Assembly: GCA_001643675.2 (NCBI GenBank)
Contig: LSRY02000016.1
Span: 1,612,001-1,676,000, forward strand
Source of the DNA: Monocercomonoides exilis PA203
Taxonomy: Eukaryota > Protista > Preaxostyla
DNA: 64,000 bases
Direction: 5' to 3'
Part shown: in pieces, positions 1-12,830 of the stretch
Layout: the number at the start of each line of letters is the position of its first letter
Numbering within the stretch: position 1 is the stretch's first letter
Program-made: the position numbers and the translations under genes
The notes under the pieces: generated by a model
The model's database searches: none
What the model saw: the letters and a program-made list of their open reading frames with translations, nothing else
What the model was told of the DNA's origin: nothing

Positions 1-505
1 AAAACAATCAAAATTTTTCTGCAATTAATGAAGAATTACATGAAACAAAATGATTACACATTAATATTTTTCTTATTCCTTTTCAAATATTTCCTTTTAG
101 CTTTTTCCATTTCATTATCTGTATTTTCATCCAATCTTTTAAAAAGTTTCAAAAAGAAATACAAACAATTCAATTCTTAAACGTGCCATTCAGTTATTAA
201 GTGTTAATTACAGAAGTTTTTTTAAAAAAAAGTGTCGACCGCGCAACTTTCAAATTAGTCTTCAACTTCAATAGCACTGCTAACCACTGCATTTCTCAAG
301 GAATAAATGAAAATTCAGTTAATTTCTCGGTGACAATTCTTCGCAAATAGAAAGACCTGAAAAACGCTGCAAATAAATCCAACTTATTATTCATTTGCAG
401 TTTTCACTAAAACAGAAAATTTTTAAGTGTTCGGAGATATCTAACATAAGCTATTCCTTCGTTTGCTTCTTTTCTCTACCAACGAATACACTTTGTCAAT
501 TCTTC

Positions 506-540
<35 letters not shown>

Positions 541-589
541 CTTTTGCAAAACGCACCTCATTCACAACAACACCTTCCAGCTATCTTTT

Positions 590-1330
590 CATGAAAAATC
601 CGTCAGTCAAAAACTTCAAAACTGATTGATAAGCAAATTGTGCATTTTGTGATGCCATTGATAATATTCGATGATTTCAGTTTTTTCCTTCAAATGCACT
701 TCCTGCGACACAGGTTTTTTTTAATGAGAAAAAAATTATTAAACTGAAATTTTTAACATAATAAAACACTTCATATCTCCTAATATAAGTCAAAGCCAGT
801 AATGCCATTTTATCTTCTTTCTTTGCTTATTTGTTATCTTCCTTGCTTGATGCTGCTTTCATAAGATATGGAACGCAAATTGATAGCAATTCCGATGATG
901 TGGAAAAGCTGATCAAAAGAAGGCATTCTCAAACATTAACAACAATCTTTTCATCCTTTTCTTCTTTTTTCTGATCTTCTTCAACAATCATCTTCTCAAA
1001 TCTTTTGTTCAACAGAGAATTACTTAAACGATATCTCCATATGCCTTTCATTTCAATCCAATATGCAATATGCTCAATAAACATTTGAGCATTTTCCTTT
1101 CGCATTTTCTTTTCTTCGATCATTTTGTCTCTTTCGTTGAAAAACTTCACTGAAAAAACGAATTTTAACTCTTCTTTATTCATTTCACTAATGAGTTTGC
1201 CAGTTTCTCCGATTTTCTTTTTCTGTTCACATTCATTGTAATGCTCCAGTTCAGTTAACAATTATTCAATAGATAATTAATAATAAAATGCAATTAACAG
1301 GAAATCAAACATATCGACATGGGCTGACTG
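590..1330 (-). pseudogene. Degenerate copy of a multicopy helical hypothetical-protein family (ELEH..EQK..KI...EMNKEE)
   Basis: ORF 929-1261 is similar to the fragments at 2124-2935 (ELEHCAEDEQKQK, LLVDLCECY, EMALLAL). Similarity continues past the stop with frameshifts. Boundaries approximate. Confidence 0.65.
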
Positions 1331-1648
1331 AGATATTGTTTGATGGCATTCAATTTGTCCACTTTTTCAAAATTATCAAAGCAACGAAACTGCACAACGT
1401 TTGTTAATCTTATAGAGAAAACAAAAAGATGAAAAAATAATATTTTTAATGCGATTCAAACCAATAAAATTTATAACAATATCAATTTTCACACAATTCT
1501 GTTAAAAAATCTGTGTGCTTATCGGTATATATATAAAGAAACTCGTTTTATCACTTGAATCATGTTGTTATGGGATCTCATGATCAATTATTAAAAATCT
1601 CAAAAAGACATTATTTGAGAACATTTTTGTTGATATAATATTTTCATT

Positions 1649-1692
1649 TAGACCTGTGCGACACGACATGCAAATTTTTGTTGCTGTCGGTC

Positions 1693-1755
<63 letters not shown>

Positions 1756-4700
1756 TAAATTTGAGTTATGAAATCGCTTATGTTGCATGAAATAATTTTA
1801 TCAAGTTAATATTTAATTTTTAAAATTTTATTTCAATCATTTGATCATATTATCCATTATTATATTATTGGATTCATTAAACATAATTTTCCAAATAAAG
1901 AGTTGTTAATCATATTTATCCTTTAATGAATAGTGCTAACACTAACGTTGTAATGAGTAATATTCTATTCGATTAATCTTTTATTCATGAAATCCAAACA
2001 TGTTCAAATACATTATTTACGAAAAAATTATATCGTTTCCTGAATGAAATCAATGACGAAAATGCAAACAATATATGCCAAAGTAAAATTCAATGGTTAA
2101 CATTCATTGTTGCTATTGACTTTTTGATTGTTGTGTTTCTTTCTTTGTTTTTTTATTCAGAATTGAATCTTGAGCTTGAACATTGTGCTGAGGATGAACA
2201 GAAGCAGAAGAACGAAGAAATGAATGAAGTGATTGATGGAATGGGAAAAGAAGAAATAGAATCAGTATTCACAAAAGAACTGTTCGATAAAATAAACAAA
2301 ATGATTGAAGAAAAGGAAATATGTATGGAAAATACGTTTGTGTTGCTGAAGCACTGAGATATTGCAATTTCATGAAAGATATGCGGATTAGTGGCTTGAG
2401 AAAGTCTTTGTGGAACAAAAGATTGAAGAGATGATCAAAATTGAAGGAAAGAAGTGAAAGGAAGAAGGACATGAAATGCTTTTGGTTGATCTTTGTGAAT
2501 GCTATCATTTATTGAGCTCCTGTATTTCTCAGGAATTGCTTTCAATTTGCACGTCACACCTTCAAAAACTTGCACTGTATAAAGATGAAAGCGAGGAAGT
2601 TCCAAAAGAAGTGGAAATGGCTTTGCTGGCTTTGAAAATTCACGGGATGTGGAAGGTGTGAATATTTCTGTTTCCATTTTGATGTTAAAGATTTTTCTTC
2701 ATTTATTGTCAAACTGGAAGTCAAAAAAGATTTGTTTTTGAATGATACGAAAGAAATTATTCGATATCATCAGGAGCATCGCAATTTGAGGAGACTTGTT
2801 TATCAATCTGCTTGGCAGTTTTTTATAAGTAGATTATTCAATGACAGCAGCTTAATGGGAGTGATTGTGAACGAGCTGCATTGTGTGCAAGAGGCAGCAA
2901 GAGAGTTGGAAGAGCTGAAAAAGTGTGTTTATTGAAAGAGAAAGAAAGGAGAGGAAGAAAGAAACGAAATTCAAGCAGAGTTTGTTTTGATGAGTGGATC
3001 CAAGCATTGCCATCCCACTCCCCCTCATATGCCACATGTGGAATAATAAATCAACAACATTCATGAGTGGCATTACACAAGTATTTCGTGCCGTCCGGAA
3101 TAATTGCACAGAAATATTGAGAAGATAAGTAAAATGCTTGGAAAAATGAAGAAAGATGCTAAAAAGTTATCACCAAAAAGAAGGTAATGTTTTTTATGTT
3201 TTGTGAGTAATGTAGTTATTATTGATAGTTGAACCTGACCAATTTTTTGGTGATCATCAATGGAAACGTTTTGTAATTTGTGACTTTTAAAGAATATTTT
3301 AATGTGTCATTTCATAAAATAAAAACCAAGCGTATTTGATAATTCCATTGTTCTTTTCTTGTTTCTATTTCTCAAAATGAAGTGAAACATTAACAGTGAA
3401 ACTTGTTAAAAATGAAATGCAAACTTTTATTATCTATTTTCTTTTCATTATTTATTTCTGATTTCTTCTTTAACAAGATCCATTTCGAATTCAAAAATTT
3501 TTCTATCATCTCAAGCTTATTTTTATTTTCTTTCATAAAAATTCATATTCCATTTTGCTTCCTTTCCTTTGCATTTTCGAGACTTTCAGGTTTTCTTCAG
3601 GCTTTTTCATCAGCTTTCTTGCTATCTTCGAATGTTCTTTGAATGGACGGACAGAACGAAAGCAAGAACGACTACAATCATAAAAAGAAAAAATGATGAT
3701 CTCATAAAGAAGAGCGTTTGTTAATAAAGAATCAAGAACAGTAAAAATAAATGAATGATCAAAATGGAAAAAAAATCACAAGAATCAGACTTTATAAACA
3801 AAAGTGATTTTTAGATTTTACACAACAGCAAGCTTTTTCAATTCCAATGCACACAAACAAGTTCCGTTTCTCACTTGTCAGATGAAAAACAAAGACTGTG
3901 AAAATACAATAAACACGACATTTTCTTCCAATTGAACTGTTGATTTTAAATTTCTTCAAATGAGAAGTTTCTCACACATGAAAAAAAATGAAAGTCCAAT
4001 CCATCAAGCTATAATTGTGATAATTTTTGTATTGTTCAATCTCCAATTTTTTTCCATTTTCATCTGTCTCGTAAATTGATTTAATCTGTAAACAATTGAA
4101 AAGGAATAATTATGACTGATATTATTTTCTATTTGAAAAAAAGAAAGAATTCCACAATATCATGAATAAATAATGAAATATTCAAAATGAATTACAAGAA
4201 AAAGCATAACTGGTTTCTTGTTTTGCTTTGCTGAGTTTGTTTTAGTAAATAAAACGATAAATTACACAGCCAAGTTTGTTTGAAGTTATTGTGCTCATTT
4301 CTTTGATTAAAAAAATGAATTCTGAAAAATGAAAAGAAAAATTATGGATTATTCTTCATGTGAAATGAAATAAACAACATTTCATAAGCCAAACCTATTA
4401 ATAAGATCTTCTGATTGTTTTTCGAACAGTAACGCTTCTTTGACTTTTGGTGACGTCAGTGACAGTCACGACTTCCAGTGGCAAAAAAATAATCCATGTT
4501 TCACAGATCTTGTCGGTGAAAAATAAATTTTGGAACATTTGATAAATTGAATTTTCAAAAATATTGCAAAAATATTTTAATATTTCTTTATCATATATTT
4601 TTTTGCATGTTTGACAAAGAAAAAAACACCATTAATTTCTTTTCTTCTCTTTCTGTTTTCTTTCTTTCTTTCATTTTGTTTAAACAAATATTTCCTGCCA

Positions 4701-4911
4701 TGTTCCAACAAAATTTTCTAATTTTGTTGGAAAATGAAACATTCTGTCAATTATTTGAAGAAAAATTATTAGCATATTTTATTTTTCTATTCGAAAAAAC
4801 TCTCAGAAAAATGAAATAAATAAAAAAATAATGGTTGTGATCAGTTAAAATTGCCCTGTCGGTCACCTTTGTCAGTAACTGACAAAATTTGCCACTTGTC
4901 GCACAGGTCTA
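1649..4911. mobile_element. Non-autonomous hAT-like DNA transposon containing a gene-family remnant
   Basis: Perfect 15-bp TIR TAGACCTGTGCGACA (1649-1663) / TGTCGCACAGGTCTA (4897-4911), extending imperfectly through GCAAATTTT. 8-bp direct repeat TTTTCATT at 1641-1648 and 4912-4919. Subterminal TGTCGGT motifs at ~1685, ~4511, ~4857. Confidence 0.8.
2140..3190 (+). pseudogene. Frameshifted copy of the same multicopy family, inside the hAT-like element
   Basis: Consecutive fragments 2124-2357, 2476-2661 and 2732-2935 in different frames read as one protein similar to 929-1261; internal stops and frameshifts. Confidence 0.7.
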
Positions 4912-5451
4912 TTTTCATTGTTTTTTTTTTTAATAGAAAGTACTTTTTTTTTCTTTTTTTTTTATTTTTTCTTTTTTTTGACTGAAGTGGAAAACTTGTG
5001 ACGTACGTGACGAATTTTTTTTCTCACGTCACCCATAGCTAATTTTTTGTTCTCGAACATTGCCTTTTTTGCATTTTGCATTGAATTTGTCTTTTCGTTA
5101 CAAATGAACTTGTTTGAACATAAAAACTTATTTTTTATCAACGTCCAGAAAAAAATTAGGATTTCAAAAAAAATCTCCCACTTATTATTAAAAACTAATC
5201 TAATTGAGTTGTTTGAAACAAAAAACATTCGTAAAATAAAGATTTATGGCTGAATCTTAGAAGGTGTTGAAATTATAATATTTTGGTATTATTCACAAAA
5301 AGGTTGACAAATTGAACCCCGATTTTTGTTATTTGTGAATAAACATGAAATTCTTGATTTTTCAGAAAAAAAATCATCATCATGGAAATTGTTTTATTTT
5401 CAACTAATTTCACATCTCATTGTAAGATTACACAAAGCTCAATAAAAATAT

Positions 5452-5657
5452 GGCTGATCCTTTTTGAAATCAAACTTTCGTTCGAGTTTTGATCAAAAAA
5501 TTTATCTCAATGGGATTTTGAAAAAAGATGAGTTGAAACATGAAACACTAATCGTTGATGATATTGCTATTAAAGAATCAAATTTTTTCAAAATCCCATT
5601 GAGATTAAATTTTTGATCATAACTCGAACGAAAGTTTGATTTCAAAAAGGATCAGCC
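5452..5657. mobile_element. Foldback MITE, ~75-bp TIRs starting GGCTGATCCTTTTTGAAATC
   Basis: 5452-~5526 is the near-perfect reverse complement of ~5583-5657. Left flank ATAT; right flank is an A-run, so the TSD is not confirmed. Confidence 0.8.
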
Positions 5658-5916
5658 AAAAAAAAAACCAAATTATCAATAACCCTAAGAAAAGACTAGT
5701 GGGTTAGATCAGTTGGTAACAGGATATTTGAATAAAACACAAGCTTCTTGAAACTACTTGTTATAATGCGAGAGAATGAGAAAAATTGTAACGAATCGAA
5801 AAGGCTATTGAATTACATTTTTTGAAAAGCTTTATTCTTGTATTTTCGATAAAGATCTCAAAAACAAATTTATTTTTTAATTGAAAAGTTTTCATATAAA
5901 AGTTGCTTATAAATGT

Positions 5917-6416
5917 GGGTGATAATTTTTGAAATCATATTTTTTCATTCAAAAATTTCGACAAGAAAATTTCACTTGGGTGATTCTTTTTGAAAAGTCG
6001 CAAATGTTTAATTTTCAAACAAATCACAAATTTCATGTTTTGCTCAAATTTTTGTTGGCATAGACCAAACTTCACTTATATATAATCTATTTCTGGATAA
6101 TGCTATTTCAGACATTCTTGAGGAGATTTGTGAGCTGAAACAGAAATTTGAGCAAAATATGGAATTTTTGATTTATTTGAAAATTAAACATTTGCGACTT
6201 TTCAAAAAGAATTACCCACTTGACTATTCACAATAGAATAGTGTAATGTTAAAAGGCTTCTGATACATACTTTTTTCTTTATTTCAACTTTAACATTTGT
6301 TTTTGAAATGGTTTAAATGAAATTTGTTATTAAAATACAAAATCTATATACAATGACAAATAACCTTTGAAAAACCAACACCCCGAAAAAAGTTATGATT
6401 TCGAAAATAATCACCC
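5917..6416. mobile_element. GGG...CCC MITE (family A, ~256 bp net) interrupted by a nested MITE
   Basis: TIRs GGGTGATAATTTTTGAAATCATA / TATGATTTCGAAAATAATCACCC; flanks ATGT/ATAT; ends match 29012-29267. Confidence 0.75.
5978..6217. mobile_element. GGG...CCC MITE (family B, 240 bp), nested
   Basis: ~70-bp TIRs GGGTGATTCTTTTTGAAAAGTCGCAAATG / CATTTGCGACTTTTCAAAAAGAATTACCC; exact TSD ACTT at 5974-5977 and 6218-6221; homologous to 29874-30114. Confidence 0.9.
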
Positions 6417-6712
6417 ATATTTGAATTAAAACGAACTGAAAATCAAAAGAAATTGTGAAAACATTGGAAATATGACATCAATGCAAATTAAATGAAAACT
6501 AACTTTTCAATATAATTCACAACCTTCGAATATTAATAATAAAAATAATTTTTGAAAGCAAATATCTCTTCATCATTCTCAATTACAATCCAAGAAATGA
6601 GCAATCGAAGCAAATTTATTTTTATTGTTTTTATCTTGATTAAACGTAAAAAAGATCAAAAGCATAAAATTGTGAAAAGAAGGAAAACCGTTTCTTGCTC
6701 ATTTACGCTTCA

Positions 6713-9700
6713 TCACAACTTTGTTACTATTTCCCAAAGCTTTGATAAAGAACAAAGAACAAAATGAAGATTGTGAGATCTCTGATCAGAAATAGCAGAA
6801 AGAAAAGAAGGAAACTCTTTTTCATCAAGCCAAGAGCAGATAGGCAGGCTTGGCAGCTCCTCAAGCTCCAACGAAGCTGCGGCTTTACTGAGAAATGGAT
6901 TGGCCAATCGTGAATGCGAACCAGAAGTTACAGAAGAATTGACAACAGATTGATATAACAACGAATTTTCAGATGCCATAGAGAAAGCAGATTGAATAAG
7001 AGGCAAAGCAGAATGCTGCTGTTTCAAAGACTCAGAACTCAAATTCATGCCGCTTTCTCCAACCTCACAATTTTGTCTCGCAGAAAACGAAATCTGCGCA
7101 GGAAAAGAAGATGACGAAGAAGTGTACGCAAAGTTGCATGTGGATGTTGTAAAAGGTGGGATAACTTGAGGTAAAGGAGTCGATTGAGAAGCTCGTAAGT
7201 TCGGAACAGCTCTTTCTGGGTTCGTTTTGGTTTTGTTTACGAATTCTGAATAATCTTGATTTTGAACAGCATTTGTGAAATCCATTCCCTCATCCTTTTT
7301 TACATTATCAATATCAATATCATCATCAAATTCCAAGCAACCATCATCTTCTTTATCCATTTCTCCTTCAACATCCAATGAGTCAAAATGCATTTTTTGC
7401 TGATCGTTGCATATTAACTCAAAATAATTTGTTTCTGTTGCACTTGCCTTCTTTATGGCATTTGAGTTTCTTTCTCTGATCCTTTTCGCTTTCGATGCAA
7501 TCAATGAATATTTCAGGAGTTTTTCAATCGCGCTGCAAATCAGATACAATTTTTCTTCATCTTTTAAAACAAAGTATTTTTTCAAAAGAGCACAAAAATC
7601 ATCCACAAGAGCCTTTCCAATGAGCAAAGACCCACAGGAGAAGTGAGAATTTGCAAAGTTTTTCGCAGAAGGTGACAAAGTGTCAGAGATGTTGACTGCA
7701 GAAATGGGTGAAGAAGACGAAGAAGATGGTGACGAAGAAGAAGAAGATGATGATGATGAAAAAGGAGAAAGAGCCAAAGGAAGAGGCGAGTCTACCCTGT
7801 TCATAGTCATAAGTGGAAAAGGAGCAGGCGAAGATGGGGCAGTTGAAAATGATTGATACCCTTGAGCAGAATCAAAGTGGGGAAGAAGCAGCGTGGTTGG
7901 GGTAGCAACGGGGGTGACAGGTAGAGAGGAGAGCAAAGAAGGAGTGAAATCCCTATTTGGTGTTAATTGAGGTGAGATTGTGTTGCATGCTTGTGCTTCG
8001 AATGAATTGGGAATATGAGGCGTTTGCTGGCTTGACTGCTGAGGTGAGTATTTTTGTTGAATCATTCGAAATGAAGAGAAAGAAGGACCGAGAATGGGCT
8101 GCATAGCAAATAGAGAAGAGAAAATGAAAAACATTTGTTGAACAAACAAAATACATTTTTTTTTTTTTGAAAAGATAAAAATGTCAAAAATATTTAAAAA
8201 TATTATCTATAAAAATGATCAAAGCTATTTCTCAAAATTCGAATTAAAGCTTAAATAAAAAATGTGAGAAAGCCAAACTCCACATACAAATAAATGAGAT
8301 TTCTCACTTTCCTCCTGTGCACATTTTTGATTAACAGCTGAAGAAAGCATCTTTCCAACCTCAAACGGAGGAGCAGCAAGCAGCGTTGTTATTGTCCTCA
8401 GCAGCTCCACTATTAGAATCTGTCTGCTTCGTTGTAATCCGATTGAATCCACTGAACTTAAACAAGAATTTTTTTTGTTTGAATTTGGTTTTGTTTTGCG
8501 TGTAGAATTCGAAGAATTTGATGCTAATGCTTCATTTGGCTTTAGCATGCTATTTAATTGCCCATTTTCTTCCCTTTCATCAATCGTGCTGTAATTGCTT
8601 TCATTTTCAGCGAATGGATGTGTGCTAAGATCTCCTTCTTTTCCATCATCATCACCATCATCATCGTCGCATTCATCATTATCATCATCGCCTTCTTCTT
8701 CTTCTCTATCATCTTGTAAGTCAAACTGCAAATATGATCTGTCAATTCTATCTTCTCCTTCATTAACTTCATTCTCCTCCTTGTTGTCGTCCAAGCAGCA
8801 AGTCCTCTCTTCATCACATGTTTGCTCACATCCATCATTTTCTTGTTTCCATTCATCCCTTTCTCCTCTAATTGCATCATCAAAAGACATTTCATCAAAG
8901 GAATGGAGCAACTGTGCGATTCTTCCTGGAATTTCTGTTCTGATCACTGATTTGGCATTGTCTGAAGAAGAAGATGCAATGTTGTTGAATGTCATGCAAA
9001 GCTTTTATTTTAAAAAAAGATTGAAGAAAACAAAACAGTTATTGACATAAATAAGTAAATAAATAAAAATTTTATAATCCAAATATAAAAATGATAAAAT
9101 ATAATTAAAAAAATGTTGAAACTATGGGGAAAAAAATTACATATTGTTAACAGAAAAAAATTTTTTTCTTCATATTCAAAAAAAAAAAAAAAAAAAAACA
9201 ATGTTCACATAAACACATAGAAAAGCACACTAAAGAAAGGATAGTTGGAGAAGACGAGCTGGAGAAAAGAGATGTCAGCGAAGAAAAGCAATTGGAGTTG
9301 GACAGCACATTAATTGAAGCACCTTCACATTTGGATAGTTCGAACAGAAGAGATACACAAGGCTTAACAACAGAAAAAGGCTGATTCCTTGAAAAAACAT
9401 AAAGAACATTTTTCAATAAAATTATAAATTAAATATATATACATATTGAGGAAGAACGGAAAAAATTGATGGGGGAAAAAAAATAAGAATAAGAATAATA
9501 TTAGTGAATCATCAAACTCTAATAAACCAGCCACAGTTTCGACAGCATCCTTGACAAGATTCGCAAAGCTATCGCTTCCTTTCATTGTAGCTGAAATTGC
9601 ATTGTTCTGAGAAAAGACTGAAGCCATCCCACGGCAGCAGTATGAAAGAGAGGATGAAAGAGACAATGAGGAAGGGATGGCCATTGAAATGTTAGAATTA

Positions 9701-10468
9701 TGAAGAGAAGAAGAAGAAGAAGAAGAAGAAGATAAAGAAGAAGAAGAATGAGGAGGAGGAGAAGAAGATGATGATGATGAAATGAAAGAGGAAGAAAGAG
9801 GTGATGTTGATGAGAGTGGAGAATGTGAACGTAAAGGAGAAGTGAATGAAATGGCTGGTGAAGTGAAATGAGATGGCATTTGAACAAACGAATTATGCAT
9901 TTTTTGCACATTTGTGTCGAAAATGATGCTGTTTGCTTCTTCGACATTGGCTTTTCCAGCACTTTTTTGATTGAACTTTGATGAAGATTGAATCTTTTGT
10001 AGGTTATTTAGAGATTTTATTGAAAACAGAAAGATGGGAAGAGAAGAAGCAGAAACTGAGAAAGATGAAGGAGGGGCCACGAGACAAGAAAGCGAAAATA
10101 GCAAAGCCGAAGTGAGTGAATTGAAAGTGAAAGAGGCAGAAGAATGAAGAGGATACGAAAAGGAGGAGAGGAACGAATAGCACGAATCCAGCTGTGTTTC
10201 TGATAGACTTGATGAAATTGATGGGTTTTGAAAGGAAGTTGGAAGAATGGCATTTTGACGTGAAGGAAACAATGAGGAATGAATTTGAGATGGCAGTATG
10301 GCAGATGAACTGGCAATAAGTGACTGAATGTCAGATGGTTGGAGTTCAGACAGAAACCGAAAAATCAAATGGGAAATGCTTCCATCAGCTATAAGCGCCT
10401 CTTTGCATGCTTTGGATTTCAAGCTGATGTAACTAAACAACAATTATGACAAAAAAAAAAAAAAAAAA

Positions 10469-10511
<43 letters not shown>

Positions 10512-11539
10512 GAAAGAAAATAGGAATAAAAAAAATTCAGGGAAGATAAAAAAATTTTGTAATTTGGAAAAAATAAAGGAGAAGCAATGGATGATATTCA
10601 AACCCAATCAGATTTAATGCGCAAGTTGCAATTTCATTTGATGGAGACTAATAAAAATAAATTCAAAGGTAGAAAAATAAGAAATAATTTTTAAAAATAA
10701 AAAATAAAATAAAATAATTTCGAACAGATATCAGCGAAGAAATGGTCCGGCAGCCATTGATTCGTGCGACAGAATCGCAAAATCTTGTGTCCATCTCAAA
10801 TATTAGTTTTAGGCAACCAAGAGCATGAAGCTAAATATAATTTATTGAAAAATATATAAAATGTTTGAAAAAATAATGAATAGATTTTGATAGAAATTAC
10901 TTGGTAACGATGTTAGAAACAAACCTGCATGGCTTTCGCAGAAGTTGGATAAAGTTGATTAATCAGACATGGAATACAACCATGATCAACAGCTAATTGA
11001 ACATAAGGCAAATAATCTTCAAATATAATATGAAAATACTAAAACAATAAAAAAATGTTTATCAAACAAGTTAACAAAATGCATCGAAGAGAATCGCAAG
11101 AATCTGCAATAGTGGATGGGATGCAGGAATTCATTCCATCAATATATCTTTGAAGATTTTCCACCTTAACAAAATTAAACATTTTTAGTCGGTTATGTGC
11201 AAAAAATTTATTCAAATGAAATCGAAATTTTAATATGATTTGCTAGCATAAGAGGAAATAATCAAAAACCATTTCAACTATTCGAGGATCAGTTGCAGAA
11301 ATATATGCGTTTTTTGTTTTGAGCCTCTTCGACGACAAAAAGTCGGTTCTTTTTGTCCTTCTTAAGTATTCGAATTGCTGATTGCTATTCTTCCTTATAT
11401 CAGTGTTATCAATTTCTGTGAAATTTTTCAACGAAAGGAAAATTATAAACAATAACAAAGTATTGGTGCAACTCGCAAAACCTCCTTCTAATGTTTTAAA
11501 TCTTTTTTCTTCACGATAGTCTCTTCTCCATTCAAACAT
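6713..11539 (-). CDS. Divergent importin-alpha-like ARM-repeat protein with low-complexity insertions (multi-exon)
   Basis: N-terminal KRFK...IRKNSNQQFEYLRRTKRTDFLSSKR resembles an IBB domain. Small GT-AG exons at 10570-11165 give ARM-like helices (VENLQRYIDGMNS, VDHGCIPCLINQL, EIATCALNLIG, KEALIADGSISHLI). C-terminal LVDDFCALLK..ICSAIEKLLK. Exon joins partly inferred. Confidence 0.55.
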
Positions 11540-11750
11540 TCCACAAAATATAAACAAAATATTTAATTATACTTCATATGATCAATCTATTTTGATGAAA
11601 ACATTTGTAACGAAAAAATGAATAACGAAACATATAATAACAAATAAAACGAAGAAAATATATCAGAACTCGGAAATTTCCAAGAATTCCTATTTCATGA
11701 CAATTCAACACTTATAAAAATTTTTAACAAGAAACAAAATTTATCAAAAT

Positions 11751-12677
11751 TCATCTTTCGTATTGACCTTTGTCTGCTTGAGCAGGTTTGAATGTCAACC
11801 TTCGCTTCTTTGCATAAATTGCAACAATGAAAATCATAACAGCAGCAGCAAAAAAGTTTTTTAATGATTGGAGTCTTGATAATGGACTTTCAATATAACG
11901 TCTTACAGCACCAGTTATTTTTACAGAATCCAAAGTTTTCACTTTTGGATCATTTTTCCATCGATTTGCGATGCATTTAGGATTCCATTGACATTCTGAA
12001 TGGAGTTGAAAGATTCCTTGTTCAGATGGAAAAGAAAGAACAGAGTCTTTGAGTGAATTTTGTTGAATAGCGGACTGAAGTGCAACATGACTTGTTAGGT
12101 AAGTATTCTGTGAATTATTTGTGCAAAGTCTTGAATCTAAAATAACACCCTGATTATACTTTTCTCGTATATAATTTTTAAATCCCTTATTTATTGCATT
12201 TGTATACTCTTCAAGCCATTTTCCCATGATTGTGCTGTTTTGCGGTGCAATTAGAAAATCATTTTCCAGATATAGATTTCCTTTTCCGTGAGACGAAAAT
12301 GCAAACAGTTGGGAATTAGATCGCTGAATTTCTGAATGCATTCTATTCGCAAACGAAGAATCTTTGAAGTAAATAGTTGTATCTGTCCAAATACCTCCAT
12401 AATGTTTTAAAAGATAGATTCTGTAAAAATCAGCTTTGTGCTGTGGACAGAGTTTGTGAAAATGATTTGGAAGTGATGTAAAGTTCACATAAAATTTGAT
12501 ATTTTTATTATTGAGAAATATTATTGGCATATCTCTAAAAATTTCAATATTTCTATCGATAAATGGTTTGACGACTTCAGAAACTTTTCCACCCCAATAC
12601 ATCCAAACATGTCGAGGATATTGTTGATTCGATAATGAACATGTCACAAATAAATTCAATAAAACAATAATTATCAT
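11751..12677 (-). CDS. GT32/capsular-polysaccharide-synthesis-type glycosyltransferase, intronless
   Basis: PRHVWMYWGG and KADFYRIYLLKHYGGIWTDTT motifs; hydrophobic N-terminus from ATG 12677; C-terminal TM followed by KKRR. Confidence 0.8.
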   Translation of the reverse strand: MIIIVLLNLFVTCSLSNQQYPRHVWMYWGGKVSEVVKPFIDRNIEIFRDMPIIFLNNKNIKFYVNFTSLPNHFHKLCPQHKADFYRIYLLKHYGGIWTDTTIYFKDSSFANRMHSEIQRSNSQLFAFSSHGKGNLYLENDFLIAPQNSTIMGKWLEEYTNAINKGFKNYIREKYNQGVILDSRLCTNNSQNTYLTSHVALQSAIQQNSLKDSVLSFPSEQGIFQLHSECQWNPKCIANRWKNDPKVKTLDSVKITGAVRRYIESPLSRLQSLKNFFAAAVMIFIVAIYAKKRRLTFKPAQADKGQYER

Positions 12678-12830
12678 TGAAAAATCGAACAAAATAGAAT
12701 TTTTCGATCTGCAACCATCAAAAGATAATAATTTCTCAAAATTTCAAAAATAGAATGATGTTTGCATTATAAAGTCACAGTTTCACAAAAACATTCAAAT
12801 AAATAACAAAATATATTTCATCAAAAAAAC

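Noticed and set aside
701-716. GCGACACAGGT resembling the hAT-like TIR
   Set aside because: Partial match with no partner or TSD; lies within the family pseudogene.
3400-4400. Possible hAT transposase remnant inside the 1649-4911 element
   Set aside because: No BED finger, DDE or hAT dimerisation motif recognisable.
4996-5038. GTGACGT...ACGTCACCC mini-palindrome as another GGG/CCC element end
   Set aside because: No matching partner end or TSD found in the window.
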